Source: an uncultured Nitrososphaerales archaeon
Lineage (GTDB): Archaea; Thermoproteota; Nitrososphaeria; Nitrososphaerales; Nitrososphaeraceae
Assembly: GCA_963695855.1 (NCBI GenBank)
Contig: CAVOHZ010000010.1
Span: 1,280,001-1,344,000, forward strand
DNA length: 64,000 bases
Direction of reading: 5' to 3'
In this document: piece by piece, positions 51,459-63,016 of the stretch
Layout of the letters: the number at the start of each line of letters is the position of its first letter
Position numbering within the stretch: position 1 is the first letter of the stretch
Notes under the pieces: generated by a model
Seen by the model: the letters and a program-made list of their open reading frames with translations, nothing else
Database searches by the model: none
Told to the model about the DNA's origin: nothing
Translations under genes and position numbers: made by a program

Positions 51459-51465
51459 ACTCAGA

Positions 51466-51515
51466 CAATATTGTATTCAAAATTGGAGGTAAAATAGTCT
51501 TAAGTTAACACAGCC
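51466..51515 (+). mobile_element. IS6 right-end remnant
   Basis: ...TTCAAAATTGGAGGTAAAATAGTCTTAAGTTAACACAGCC matches the IS6 ends at 6970-7005 and 62332-62380. Confidence 0.75.
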
Positions 51516-51654
51516 CTTTTTTGTTTATATTTTAGTATAATAGGTTATATCATTTAGAAATTTCTAGACAATTTCATTGTTAATCTATAAAAAATCTTAA
51601 ATTGACAGTGCAAAATTTGAGAATCCTATTAAATATTCAGTTTAGAATTATAAA

Positions 51655-52056
51655 TTATATCCATTCCCATACTTTATACACGATATTATCGTACTTGTCT
51701 ACCGAAGCTTCATGAACTCCTACAAGGTTATTCAAAATTGATAATTTTTCTGTTATTGAAGAACGATAGAAATTAGAACCGGCAACTACTTTTGATAACT
51801 CTCCATGTCTACTAATACCTTTTGTTATGACAGTAGCCATTTCATCACTTCCTTTAATAGTGACAATATCCTTACCTTCTACAAAAAATAAGTTATATGA
51901 TGTAGGACAAGTTGTAAATGTCCCTACCTCTACAACGTCGATTTCCCTCATTTTTCCTTCTAAAAGATATGAATTTTCTATCTTTGGTCCTTCCAAATCT
52001 AATACTCTCTTAGAGGTAATTCTTCGTTTTGCTTGATATAATAAATCTCCTAGCAT
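51655..52056 (-). CDS. hypothetical beta-rich protein
   Basis: Likely start MLGDLLY; ends YKVWEWI. Confidence 0.7.
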   Translation of the reverse strand: MLGDLLYQAKRRITSKRVLDLEGPKIENSYLLEGKMREIDVVEVGTFTTCPTSYNLFFVEGKDIVTIKGSDEMATVITKGISRHGELSKVVAGSNFYRSSITEKLSILNNLVGVHEASVDKYDNIVYKVWEWI

Positions 52057-52361
52057 GTTAATAATGTGTAAGAACCTCAAATAATTTAAAAAGTAAATCA
52101 ATAGAAAAGACAATCTACAGAAAAGAGGGAGATATCCAAATGATTTTTATATCATTAAGAAACTAAATTCTATAATTCTCTAAATTCTTAAATGATGCAG
52201 AAATAGATTTAGCCTAATTTTACTTTAAATTGATTTAACGGTGTATTTCTCGGTTTAATAAAAACAAATCTTAATTTTGAATATTATATAGGTCGATGAA
52301 AGAATTACTCATCCAATAAAATTAGAAATTAATAAATGAATGACTAGGTATTATTATATTA

Positions 52362-52469
52362 ATGTCATCAGAAACCAATCTCAATAAATGTAAAGAGTGT
52401 GGTGAATCATTTGGCTCTGAACATGAACTTAATAAGCATATAAATCAAGAACATGTAGGAAATGCTTGA
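52362..52469 (+). CDS. small C2H2 zinc-finger protein
   Basis: CKECGESFGSEHELNKHINQEH. Confidence 0.75.
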   Translation: MSSETNLNKCKECGESFGSEHELNKHINQEHVGNA

Positions 52470-53639
52470 AATACTCCTTTTTTATTTATATTTTTGTTTT
52501 AATTCTTAGAAATACCATCTACCACTATCAGTGTAAAAAAATAAAATTATTATGAAGAGTATCTATCTGATATTATTTTATCAAATTCTTCATCTGAAAT
52601 ATCATGAATATGACCGATTACTAATCTTATAACTTGTTAATCCAACGTTTTGAAATTGAACGGATTAAATACTTGTGATGCATCTTCTCCAGTACCAGAA
52701 TAGAATTTATGAAGAACTGTTTTTATTAATTTTTGACCTTTTCTCATTATCTCTATCTTATATAACTTATAATATCGTTATTTTATATAATATATCTTTA
52801 GTATTTTTAAATATCTAGTCTAGACAAGGGGAGGAGAAGACTTTTACATGTATTGAACACAACAATAAGAAATAAATTAAAATATGTCGAAAACGTATAT
52901 TATATAAAATATAAAATGGGATGTGATTTCATGATACTAGCTGGTGTAAGTGGATTATTAATAACTGCTGCAGCTCTGGTAATACAATTCTTTTCTGATA
53001 ATAGAAAAGTAGAAGATGAATTAAAAAAGAAAGAATCAGTCTTTAATACATAACTATTGAAAGTAGACATTTATAATCACAGCTAACTTTACGATATATT
53101 TTGATTAACGTTTTAAATCATTGAACAAAAAATATATTATTATCAATATATGCAGATTATAATACATCCTCTTCAGACAGATGTTGATTATGATATCTTA
53201 ATTTTATTAGATGATTCTATATCAAACGAATTTAGAGGTCTCAATGTCACTATTGGTCCTACATTAAAATTTAATATTCAAATTTTTATTGACAAAGGTA
53301 GGAACCAGCTTAATTCACGGGACTTATTACACTAGCTTTTTAATAAAATAAAACCAACAAAAAGAATGAAGATTTTACTTATCTGTGATAGGGATGCTTT
53401 TTCAGATGATTTGAATTTTGGAATAGGTGCGTATAATAATATTGGAGATATACTAAACAATCTTTTCAAGAACCCTCGTAATCCTTTGCAAAGTAATCTC
53501 AATAATAATATTGTGGGAGAGCTATTGAGTGGACTATTCAATAATCCTAATAGTGTTGCTATTAATAGAGATAGACAGTAATTAATCAAAAATATGATAG
53601 ATTTATTTGAAGTTTTATTATTACATCTAAAAACTTAAT

Positions 53640-54285
53640 TGGATACTACTCAAGTATAATGAAATGTTGATGATTCAAACGTATGTGGATTGATGGTTTG
53701 AAATTATATGATGAAAAAATTGGTATCAACTGGAAATGGTAATCAATAGATGGTGTTATAACCAAAGCACCGCTTGGGGGAAAAAGGTAGAGGACCAAAC
53801 CCCACAGACAGAAGTAAATCCGGTACAAAACGCAGTATCTTGGTACATGGTCAAGGTATTCCTCTTGGAATCACTGTAGATAGTGCTAACAGACATGATA
53901 TGAAGATGACAAAAGCAACACTTCAGAGTATTGTTATCTGCAGACCCACTCCTCCAGTACTATATACAAAATCTCAACAACAGCATATCTGTCTTGACAA
54001 GGGTTATGACTATCCTGAGGTATACGAGTTACTTGGAGAGTATGGTTATACCATGCATGTTTGCAAGAGAGGAGGAGAAGAATACAATAATGATAACAAA
54101 AAGAAGAGAAGGATACCAAAATACAGAGCAAGACGATGGGTTGTTGAAAGAACGCACTCCTGGATGAATAGATTCAGGTGATTATTGATTCGATGGGAAA
54201 AGAAGCAAGACAACTATATTGCAATATTACATTTTGTCTATGCTTGGATAACATATAAGCGAGGAGGGGTTTTCGGATAGGCTCT
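53640..54285 (+). mobile_element. IS5-family remnant (degraded transposase)
   Basis: SIDG, GPNPTDR.K.GTKR, LDKGYD, RWVVER motifs; right end GATAGGCTC-TTAA. Confidence 0.88.
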
Positions 54286-54413
54286 TAATAACAGAAACCA
54301 TTTTTTTATTTTTATATTTTTATAGATTTTCGTTAGTAAGGTAACTTATAATTCCTCAAATACAAATAATTATCTCATAGTTAGTATAATACTCCTACCA
54401 TGATATAATAAGA

Positions 54414-55427
54414 TTATCTCTCAGATGATTTGCTAATAGTCTTTATATAATTATAATAACTTTGGACAACGCCAGAGTAAAATTTAGACGCAAATTCTAT
54501 TGACTTAAGAAATGTGTCCATATTGTTATCCATAATATCATTTATTATTCTTGTAGTATTAGTTTGATTATCCATTAGATTTCGGTTTATTTCACTATAG
54601 GTGTTAGAATATTCTTCCATAGTCTTTGGATTATTAAAATTATCATCAATTATTTCATCTAATTGTTTAGAATATATTGAATAATATGTATTGATGATAT
54701 TCTTATGTTCTTCCATGAAATTGTACTTAATTTCTTTCATAGTCTTCTTGATTGTTTGTTGATAACTAACCAGATCATCAAAATTGCTATTTTTAGTGAT
54801 TAAATTATAGAAGTATTGCAACGAGTATTCATTTTCTATATCAATTCTAGCATTATGAAAATCGCCAATTTTGTTCTTTATATTTTGTTCTGATTCTTCC
54901 TTAAAGACATAGTTAGGATGAGGGCATACTACAGTAATATCTTTGTTATTTCTTTTCCAGTCTGAATGAACTTCCTGCCACCATTTTTCTAAATCTATAC
55001 ATTCTTTAAAATTTCTAGTCTCATATAAATTACAAGCTACATCGCCAACGATTAGTATTTTATCTTTTTTTCCTTCAGAAAGACGCTTATACAATATATA
55101 TTCTAATTCTGATTTCCACTTTTCAAATACTGTTAAATCTCCTTTTAGTGCAAATTCATAATAAGGTCTAGAATTGATAAATTTTAGATTCTCATTCTGG
55201 ATATTTTCTTCATAATTTATTATTCTCAAAGATAAACTATCTATCAGCGAAATACTTTTAGAATTATCTATATCTACAGATGCATATATACAATAACAGC
55301 CATTTTTTAATCCTTCATTAATAATATCTATGATAAAATTATTACGCTTAACCCTATCTTCGTATAATAACATGATATGTTCATTGCATAAAAGATTAGT
55401 ACTATTATTATTATCAAAATATCGCAT
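54414..55427 (-). CDS. MEDS-domain protein with helical C-terminal fusion
   Basis: EHIMLLYE, EGLKNG..CIYAS, TVVCPHP. Confidence 0.75.
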   Translation of the reverse strand: MRYFDNNNSTNLLCNEHIMLLYEDRVKRNNFIIDIINEGLKNGCYCIYASVDIDNSKSISLIDSLSLRIINYEENIQNENLKFINSRPYYEFALKGDLTVFEKWKSELEYILYKRLSEGKKDKILIVGDVACNLYETRNFKECIDLEKWWQEVHSDWKRNNKDITVVCPHPNYVFKEESEQNIKNKIGDFHNARIDIENEYSLQYFYNLITKNSNFDDLVSYQQTIKKTMKEIKYNFMEEHKNIINTYYSIYSKQLDEIIDDNFNNPKTMEEYSNTYSEINRNLMDNQTNTTRIINDIMDNNMDTFLKSIEFASKFYSGVVQSYYNYIKTISKSSER

Positions 55428-55663
55428 TACAGGGTCTATTATATGTAATAGCTATTATTATATATAAAACTATTAGTAGTACTAATCAGGAAAACTATAT
55501 TTTCAAATATTTATTCTAAGAGTATATAGTTCTCTAGTTATTCCCATACAATTAATAAAAATCTAAGTGTATTGAAATTTCTAGAGGATTCTCCTAACCA
55601 GACAAAAGGAGTCTATTATTCTACAATTATTTTAATTTCATATAAAACAAGAATGGTAAACAT

Positions 55664-56062
55664 TCAATTTATTAATATAGAATCATCTACATTAAAGAAC
55701 CTAAGTTCACCTGAATAGGGAATTGATTCTTTAAACATTCTAGCATCTTTAACTAAGAAACCGTATTTGTATCCATCAAAATATTTACTAAGAATAGAAA
55801 AATGTTTTTGTTTATCTTTGTTAAACTCTTCTTGATTTTTATACTCTTTAACATCATATAAAAAAGCAGAACCAATTATTGCACCTTTTGTAATCGTATC
55901 AATATCAATATCTAGTCTTTCACAAGCTTCTATATCTATATTTTTTGAAGCATGAACAAGAAATTTACCTCTAAATTTGGTACTCCATTTTCTTAACTCT
56001 ATTGTCTTTTCACCATGAGCTAAAAGGTCTGCAAAAGGTTGTTTTAAGGATAAACACTTCAT
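55664..56062 (-). CDS. ASCH-domain protein
   Basis: LSLKQPFA...GEKTIELRKW...RG..L.HAS. Confidence 0.9.
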   Translation of the reverse strand: MKCLSLKQPFADLLAHGEKTIELRKWSTKFRGKFLVHASKNIDIEACERLDIDIDTITKGAIIGSAFLYDVKEYKNQEEFNKDKQKHFSILSKYFDGYKYGFLVKDARMFKESIPYSGELRFFNVDDSILIN

Positions 56063-56252
56063 GGCTTGATATAATACTATGAAAAACCAAATTTATTTTA
56101 TCTTTCTGTTTTATAGAATTTTATTGACTTTACTTTAGATACTTTTATGTTCTAAACTTCTAAAAATGGTTTTACATAAAATGCCTGTTTTATAAACCAT
56201 GAAATTATGTATAGATCATTATATCATTTAGTCAGTAACTGCTACTACCACC

Positions 56253-56431
56253 TTATTCTTCTATTTTCAATGCACGAGAAGGACATTCATTTACTGTTTT
56301 AAGGATCTGATTTTCTGGAGCACCATCTTGGATTATAATAAATTAACCATTTTCTACCTGAAAGACAGAAGAAGGCTTTTTACACAATTACCAGAATGAA
56401 TACATATTTTTTCATCCCATGCTACTTTCAT
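56253..56431 (-). pseudogene. divergent 4Fe-4S mono-cluster (YjdI-like) protein, degraded
   Basis: WDEKICIHSGNCVK...ECPSRAL. Confidence 0.7.
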
Positions 56432-56735
56432 TTACTGTTATACTACAAATATGTGTTATAAATATTTGAATCAAAAGTTACCTTCATCCAAATAATATCA
56501 ATATGGTTAGGACGTCATAAGTCTATTTATTCGAAAAGATTAGATATGATATTTATAAAATGATGAGAAAAGTGTTCCCAACAGCAGAGATAAGTTCATA
56601 CTATTATAAATAGAATCAATATAAGATAAAAACTAACTAGAGTTAAGGTTCTATCCGTGTATTTTTTGACCATCGTTATCAAGTAAAAATAGACTAAACA
56701 GAATATTTATATCATAAAAAAATTCTATAAAAATA

Positions 56736-57446
56736 ATGAATGTTGAAAAAATAATTTTATTCTCAATTTTATCTATGTTGACAATATATTTAGCTATATC
56801 TTTTGTTTCAAGCGGAAATATAATACAAAATATTTCAGCACAGTCATCAAATGAAGGTGAAAACAACCAGACCAGTACCACAACGTCAGCAACAACAACT
56901 GAAGAAAAACAAGAACCTGCAATAGGTGAAACATTTGTCTGGCAAGGTACTGTTTCCTCCATGCAAGATCCATTGAAAGGACATGAATCTCATCAAGTTA
57001 CAGTATTGCTTCCACCTAGAGAAGATAAAGCTGTATATTCAGGACTACTGACTTTTATTGCAAGCAAACCAGTTGAAGCAGTAACATTGCACTATTATGA
57101 TACAGAAGGAATGGATATTCCACAGGAAGTTTTAGATGAATATGGCTTGGTTATGAATGCACCAGCTCCATGGAGTGAAGGAGATTCGGTTGCAACAGCT
57201 ATGATGGCTTTACCATATGAAAAGAATACACCTACGTTTTCCAACAATGTATCATTCATAGGTAATGCATTAGGATTACATACGACAGATGGAGAACCAT
57301 TCATGGCAACATATACGGTTAAAGCAACGGTACTAGAACCTGAAATTAAGAATAATTTAGACAGCTTGAAGAAGGTAGTCGGAGCTTCAGAAAATACAAA
57401 TGTAACAGTTTCAGATGATAGTAGTAATGATGTAGATGGAGAATAA
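56736..57446 (+). CDS. secreted hypothetical protein
   Basis: Signal peptide; DPLKGHESHQ, ALGLH motifs. Confidence 0.8.
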   Translation: MNVEKIILFSILSMLTIYLAISFVSSGNIIQNISAQSSNEGENNQTSTTTSATTTEEKQEPAIGETFVWQGTVSSMQDPLKGHESHQVTVLLPPREDKAVYSGLLTFIASKPVEAVTLHYYDTEGMDIPQEVLDEYGLVMNAPAPWSEGDSVATAMMALPYEKNTPTFSNNVSFIGNALGLHTTDGEPFMATYTVKATVLEPEIKNNLDSLKKVVGASENTNVTVSDDSSNDVDGE

Positions 57447-57520
57447 AATAAACGATCTATCTGTTCATCTAGCTAAATATTTTATCCTTTTGATTTTACA
57501 GCCAAGATCTGGTTAAAAAA

Positions 57521-58252
57521 ATGGGAAGTATGTCAATATCAAAATCTTTTATTATTGCTATTTTACTACTACTGGGTATATCCCTATCATTATTATTTCC
57601 TTCAAATTACAATTCCTTTTATGTAAATGCACAAGAAAATAATGAAATGCGTGATGACGAATTAAAATTATCAATTAATAATATTATTATTAACAATAGT
57701 AACTCTCCGACTCTTGGCAATCCAGATGCTCCCATATCAATAATTGATTTCAGTGATTTTCAATGCTCAATGTGTGCTAGATATGTAAAAACAACTGAAC
57801 CAATAATAAATGAGACTTATGTTCAAACAGGTAAAGCAAAACTAGTCTTTAAACATTTTCCAATACGTGGATTTGACTCCGTGGGAGCTTCAATGGCAGC
57901 ACAATGTATAAATGATCAAGGACAAAGTAAATTCTGGAAATTTCACAATCTTTTATATCATAATCAAGGTGTAATAGATTCTGGTTGGGTAAGTAAAGAA
58001 AACCTAAAGAATTTTGCATCACAGATATCTCTATTGGATATGGACAAGTTTGTTGAATGTCTAGATAGCGAAAAATACAAAGAATATGTGCAAAATGATC
58101 TAGAATTAGCTAAAAAATTTAAATTTACTGAAAGTCCATCATTTATTATCCTAAACAAGGATGGAACAGATCCTGAATATCTTTCTGGTGCTCATCCTTT
58201 CCCTTCCTTTGCTTCAATTATTGATAAAAAACTGGAAAGGTTAAATAAATAA
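57521..58252 (+). CDS. DsbA-like thioredoxin-fold protein
   Basis: LGNPDAP, DFQCSMC, KHFP motifs. Confidence 0.92.
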   Translation: MGSMSISKSFIIAILLLLGISLSLLFPSNYNSFYVNAQENNEMRDDELKLSINNIIINNSNSPTLGNPDAPISIIDFSDFQCSMCARYVKTTEPIINETYVQTGKAKLVFKHFPIRGFDSVGASMAAQCINDQGQSKFWKFHNLLYHNQGVIDSGWVSKENLKNFASQISLLDMDKFVECLDSEKYKEYVQNDLELAKKFKFTESPSFIILNKDGTDPEYLSGAHPFPSFASIIDKKLERLNK

Positions 58253-58259
58253 AATAGTA

Positions 58260-58748
58260 ATGAACCTAATCCCTTTTTCTTTCAGGATTGTCTTTTCGAA
58301 ATTCATCTACATATTAATCGCAATAGCAATAGCTATTGGCTTTTGGATATTATTAAATACATTTGATAAACTTCTTTTCTTTTCTCCAGTATGGACATTT
58401 TATCTTCCAGAAGATGCCATTTCAGGCTTTATCTTGACGAATATATCTTCGATATTGTTGGGAATTCTCATAAGTATGAATATCTATGTAATAAAGACTG
58501 TAAAACTAAAGATAAGCAATAAATCTTCATTGTTCTCTGGAACTACCTTGGGAATTTTATCCAGTACCTGTGCCAGTTGTTCATCGATAGGGTTTGTAAT
58601 AATTTCAACATTGGGAGGAACAGGTATAGCCATATCTAATTTCCTGGAAATCTATGCAATTCCTTTACGTATAGTATCTATTCTAATACTTGTCTATGCG
58701 TTATATTTAATACATAATAAGCTTACAAGAAGCTGTGTAATAAAATAA
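58260..58748 (+). CDS. membrane protein with CxxC motif
   Basis: Four TM helices, CASC; directly follows the DsbA-like gene. Confidence 0.8.
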   Translation: MNLIPFSFRIVFSKFIYILIAIAIAIGFWILLNTFDKLLFFSPVWTFYLPEDAISGFILTNISSILLGILISMNIYVIKTVKLKISNKSSLFSGTTLGILSSTCASCSSIGFVIISTLGGTGIAISNFLEIYAIPLRIVSILILVYALYLIHNKLTRSCVIK

Positions 58749-58817
58749 ATTTTGGTTCAAAAGAAGCCAATATTAATGAATAAAAATAATAGTAATATCT
58801 GAAATTATTTTATATCT

Positions 58818-60506
58818 TTAAAATAAGTACAATTCTGTGGCAACAATATGCTTGCATTTATTTTTTCTAAAATTAAAATCAGAACATGTACATGTTTTAT
58901 TTTCTATATCGACATCATAATATTTGTTTTTTTCCTTTAAACTACTTCTAACTCTAAATAGTCTTCTATTACTGTTTTCTGGTATATTTTGATTATTATT
59001 GCTTTCTCCACCACTACCACTAGTCGCATCTCTGTAATCTTTTAATTCAATTATCATAGGTTCAATTAGAGAAGATTCTATAATCCTGTATGCCTTTTCA
59101 AGTCTTCTTTTTTCTGCAGGTTTTAGAGATTTCATTTTATTATTTATAGGAGAATCTCTTTCCCCTTCTTGATCTTCTATCGAATCCACTATTTCTGTTG
59201 TAGTTGTTATTGCATTTCTTATTACTTGAAGAATATCATCATCTTTTGTATCTGAAATATATATTACATAAATTAATGCTAGATCTTTTCCCTCATACTT
59301 TCTAATAACTCTACCAATACGCTGGATTACCTGATTCATATTGGAAGTTGTTGCTAAGATAATCTCTATTCTAACCTGCGGTATATCGAATCCTATTTCC
59401 AGGGTATGTACTGAAAGAAGTGGATAGAAATCTTTTCCCCATTGATTCAAGATTTTCTGTCTTTTGCTGGAACTTGTTTTACTATCTATTACTTTAGATT
59501 TTGTTCCATATAACTCAAGCATGTCTTTAAGTTTATTTATAGAGTCAATAGTTTCACTAAAAACCATGATTCTTTCATTTGGAAATTTTTTTGTTATTAG
59601 ATTTACAGCAGATATCAGTTTATTTTCTGCGCAGCTTAACAAAAGTTTCCTTTTTCTTACGTTTAGAAACCATGCTTTAGCCATTCCACTGACAAAACCA
59701 CCTTTTCTTAACAATACTGTCATTGACTGAGCATCATATTTTTTAAAACGGTTTGAAATTTTCTTTATTTTAGAAGAAAATGTATCGTATTCTTCCTGTT
59801 CTTTTTCAGTAAGGCTTACTTTAACTGGAATAACTATTGGTTTTGCTAGTCTTTTATCGCTAACAGCTCTTTTGATTTGATATCTTTTTACTGGAGGTAA
59901 CAATGTAAGAATTGTATTGTATTTATCCAGATCTGCTTCATCAAGCGTAGCGGTAAGACCAAGAATTGCCTTTTTATGATCTTCTAATACTGCGTCGAAT
60001 ATGTTTCTAAATACTTTTGCTGAATCACTTACCAAATGAATCTCATCAAAAATCACCATGTTGGATTTACGAATAATATCAAGATTTCTAATAATGCTTT
60101 GATAGGTAGCTATAGTTATCTCTCTTACTTCTTTTCTTTCCCCAAAATATGAGCCTATATTTTCTCTTGGTATGCCATATGAGACTAATCTTTTGATATT
60201 CTGTTCTATCAGGGTAATTCTAGGTACAAGTAAAAGAATATTGAAAGGAGAATGAGAAGTAGGTGGAATAGTAATAGTAGTAGAAAAAGAGGAGGAGGTA
60301 GAATTATCAAATGTACTAGTAGCAACTCTTTTTGCACATTCAAAGGCTATTTCAGTCTTTCCAGTTCCAGTACTATACAAGACTGTACCTCTGAAATCGT
60401 TTTCAATCCATGCGTTTACTGCCTCAACTTGATCTTTTTTGAGAGAAAAAGGGAATTTTAGTTGAGAAATAGCAGTAGAGGCAGCGGCAGCGGCAGACAC
60501 AGACAT
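58818..60506 (-). CDS. SF2 DExH helicase (XPB/Rad25-like) with C-terminal SWIM finger
   Basis: TGTGKT, DEIH, LTAT, QRIGRVIR; CTC...CKH. Confidence 0.9.
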   Translation of the reverse strand: MSVSAAAAASTAISQLKFPFSLKKDQVEAVNAWIENDFRGTVLYSTGTGKTEIAFECAKRVATSTFDNSTSSSFSTTITIPPTSHSPFNILLLVPRITLIEQNIKRLVSYGIPRENIGSYFGERKEVREITIATYQSIIRNLDIIRKSNMVIFDEIHLVSDSAKVFRNIFDAVLEDHKKAILGLTATLDEADLDKYNTILTLLPPVKRYQIKRAVSDKRLAKPIVIPVKVSLTEKEQEEYDTFSSKIKKISNRFKKYDAQSMTVLLRKGGFVSGMAKAWFLNVRKRKLLLSCAENKLISAVNLITKKFPNERIMVFSETIDSINKLKDMLELYGTKSKVIDSKTSSSKRQKILNQWGKDFYPLLSVHTLEIGFDIPQVRIEIILATTSNMNQVIQRIGRVIRKYEGKDLALIYVIYISDTKDDDILQVIRNAITTTTEIVDSIEDQEGERDSPINNKMKSLKPAEKRRLEKAYRIIESSLIEPMIIELKDYRDATSGSGGESNNNQNIPENSNRRLFRVRSSLKEKNKYYDVDIENKTCTCSDFNFRKNKCKHIVATELYLF

Positions 60507-60640
60507 TTACTAATGTAAGACAAGGAATTTCATATTAGTATTTGTAATTTACCAAGAATTTTTGAATACTTTATTTGTGGGCTTTGCTGTAATTCAATTC
60601 TTAATTTCTTTTTAACATTTGTTAACTCTGTTATAAATTC

Positions 60641-60915
60641 TATGTCTTGATAAAGCATATCATTCCAAAGAAGTAGAACAAGAAATCATCAAGAGAGAGG
60701 ATACATTCCACATATCCGACACAGAAGAGAAGAAAAGATATTTTGTGGAAAACATCCATTAAGACGATGGGTTGTAGAGAGAACAAATTCATGGCACAAT
60801 AGATTCAGGAAATTATTTACAAGGTATGAAAAGAAGGATGATGAGAACTATCTTGGTCTTGTACAATTAGCAAATAGCATAATTGTTTATAGAAGGATAA
60901 TTTTGGGATAGGCTC
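60641..60915 (+). mobile_element. IS5-family 3' remnant
   Basis: LDKAY, RWVVERTNSWHNRFR; same right end GATAGGCTC-TTAA. Confidence 0.82.
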
Positions 60916-60997
60916 TTAATGTTGAAATCAATATCATAACTGGTTAATAAAACTTATTTTCAAGATTACAAGAAAATGACAAAAAAATAACATTATA

Positions 60998-61559
60998 TGA
61001 CGAATTTTCAAATTCATTTCAATACATCCCAAAGGCTATGTTCTTTACCAAAGGTAAGGGAATTCATTAAGATTACTTAATTAGTTTCGAGCTTACCTTA
61101 CATGATGCAAGGATCTCAGAACTCGATATTGTAACTGTTTCTGGTATCTAATCTCCGAAATGTAAAATCATTACGATTTCAGAAAGAAGAAAATATCCTA
61201 TCCCTGGACTATTTATTTTCGCTGTCATTGCAAGATCATCTACCAATGAACCTGATAGATTAATTGCTGCCTCAATTGGACTAGCAAATCGTAAAGAAGA
61301 GGTAAATACGGATATTTATCAGAACGTCAGACTACAAGAGAAACAGATAAGAAAGCTGGAAATTATGCTGAAGATATGGCAGCGGAAATGTTAACTACAA
61401 CTATGGGTCTTCCACGATCCTCTTTAAAATGGGATGATAAACAGAGCAATGGAGATATCAGGTAAAACTTACAAGAGCCAAAATTATACCTAACCTGCCG
61501 AAGGTATTATGGATGGATCGTAGTCCATAGTTCTAAGTGCAGCAGTTTTCATCATTTGA
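60998..61559 (+). pseudogene. pdaD: pyruvoyl-dependent arginine decarboxylase, degraded
   Basis: IPKAMFFTKGKG, SFELTL, STNEPDRLIAASIGLA, AGNYAEDMAAEML with stops and frameshifts. Confidence 0.75.
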
Positions 61560-61775
61560 TGGGTAAATAATGTATGTGTTTTTGATTACAAATCTTGTTT
61601 GATTAATAAAAAAATGGAGCAAAACTCTATCTTCGATTTCTAAAACTGGCAATAGTATTATTGTTTACAGGAGGATAATTTTGGGCAGCTCTTTATATAA
61701 AAATTGTTTGAGAGAAAAAGATTGTTGTAACTTAGGATCAATTTAATATCATTCAAAATGTAAAAAATTATAATA

Positions 61776-62252
61776 ATGGTCCTAATAGAATTCCTTACTG
61801 AAAATGAAATAAAATTTCTAATTGGAATAGGTATTTCTTTATTTGCTGGATTTGTTATCGGAATCGAACGAGAAACAAAAAAGAAACCTACCGGGATAGG
61901 TACTATTACATTGGTTGTTGCAGGTGCAATGATATTCACTAATCTTTCAAATATTGTGGATCCAAATTCTACCTCTCGTATAGCTGCTCAAATAGTTACA
62001 GGTATAGGATTTTTAGGAGCAGGAATTATTATTAAAGGACCTGAAACCACTAAGGTAAAAAATGTTACCACCGCAGCCACGGTATGGTTTGCTGCTGCAA
62101 TAGGAATGGTAATTGGGTATGGTTTTTATCTAATAGCAATAGTCTTAGTAGTTTTTGCTGCAACAGTGCCCAGAATACCCCATATTACTGATCTAAATTT
62201 CTATAAAAATAAAAAGACAATATCAAACGACACACAGGATGATGATATTTAA
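61776..62252 (+). CDS. MgtC/SapB family membrane protein
   Basis: IGIERE, RIAAQIVTGIGFLGAG, TTAATVW. Confidence 0.93.
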   Translation: MVLIEFLTENEIKFLIGIGISLFAGFVIGIERETKKKPTGIGTITLVVAGAMIFTNLSNIVDPNSTSRIAAQIVTGIGFLGAGIIIKGPETTKVKNVTTAATVWFAAAIGMVIGYGFYLIAIVLVVFAATVPRIPHITDLNFYKNKKTISNDTQDDDI

Positions 62253-62331
62253 TGCAATTTTTAATGCGTTTAAAATTTTGTCGTTATACACTTTCTTTCC
62301 TTCTTTTCTATAATTGCTGATCTATCTTCTT

Positions 62332-62695
62332 GGTGCTGTTAAGTTAAGACTATTTCGCCTCCAATTTTGAATACAATATTGTTTCTTATTTTTGCATTAT
62401 ATAGATAAATAAATAATTTGATCCAATTGTATACATGTTTTAGGTCACATTTTATACTATTCATGGTACATGCGTAGTAATCATCAAAAGATTCAATTCT
62501 ATCCTTGAAATACTGCATCACTCTTTCTATCAGACTTTTCTCTAAAGGAGAATGAAATCTGTGTTTTAGATGCAAAAAGTTGCATGGTTGATGATACCAT
62601 GTACCTCCATCAGTGTAAACTGTATGTCTACCATATTTGGAGACAATGATCTGGATACGGATAGCAATTGACCCAGTTCACATCTGTACTTGGTA
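62332..62695 (-). mobile_element. IS6-family remnant
   Basis: IR GGTGCTGTTAAGTTAA; YTDGGTWY and IERVMQYFKDR. Confidence 0.85.
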
Positions 62696-63016
62696 TTATG
62701 AATATCAGTGTACCATAATCCACTAGCATTAATTTTTATTAGAAATTGATTAGCGGATGGTTTTGGAGTTTCAATTTCTTGTATCTCTCATTTACTATTT
62801 AGTAAAGAATTGCAGCCCTCATTATTCTCATGTAATAAAAGTATTATACATATGTCATTGACTTATTTGGTGAACAGTATTATCATTACATTTATTGATA
62901 TGATATTTCTGACAACGGTAAAAATTTAGTTGTATGACTGTAACATTACAAAACAAATTTATCCCAAGAGACACAGATATAAAAAATTACAATAATAATA
63001 ATAGAGAAGAAATAAA

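Larger units (their letters stand above)
50240..51465. mobile_element. truncated sibling of the 11.7-27.3 kb element
   Basis: Terminal motif similar to 11682-11701, 21-bp match to 27208-27228, homologous Zn-ribbon gene; ends at an IS6 end. Confidence 0.6.
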
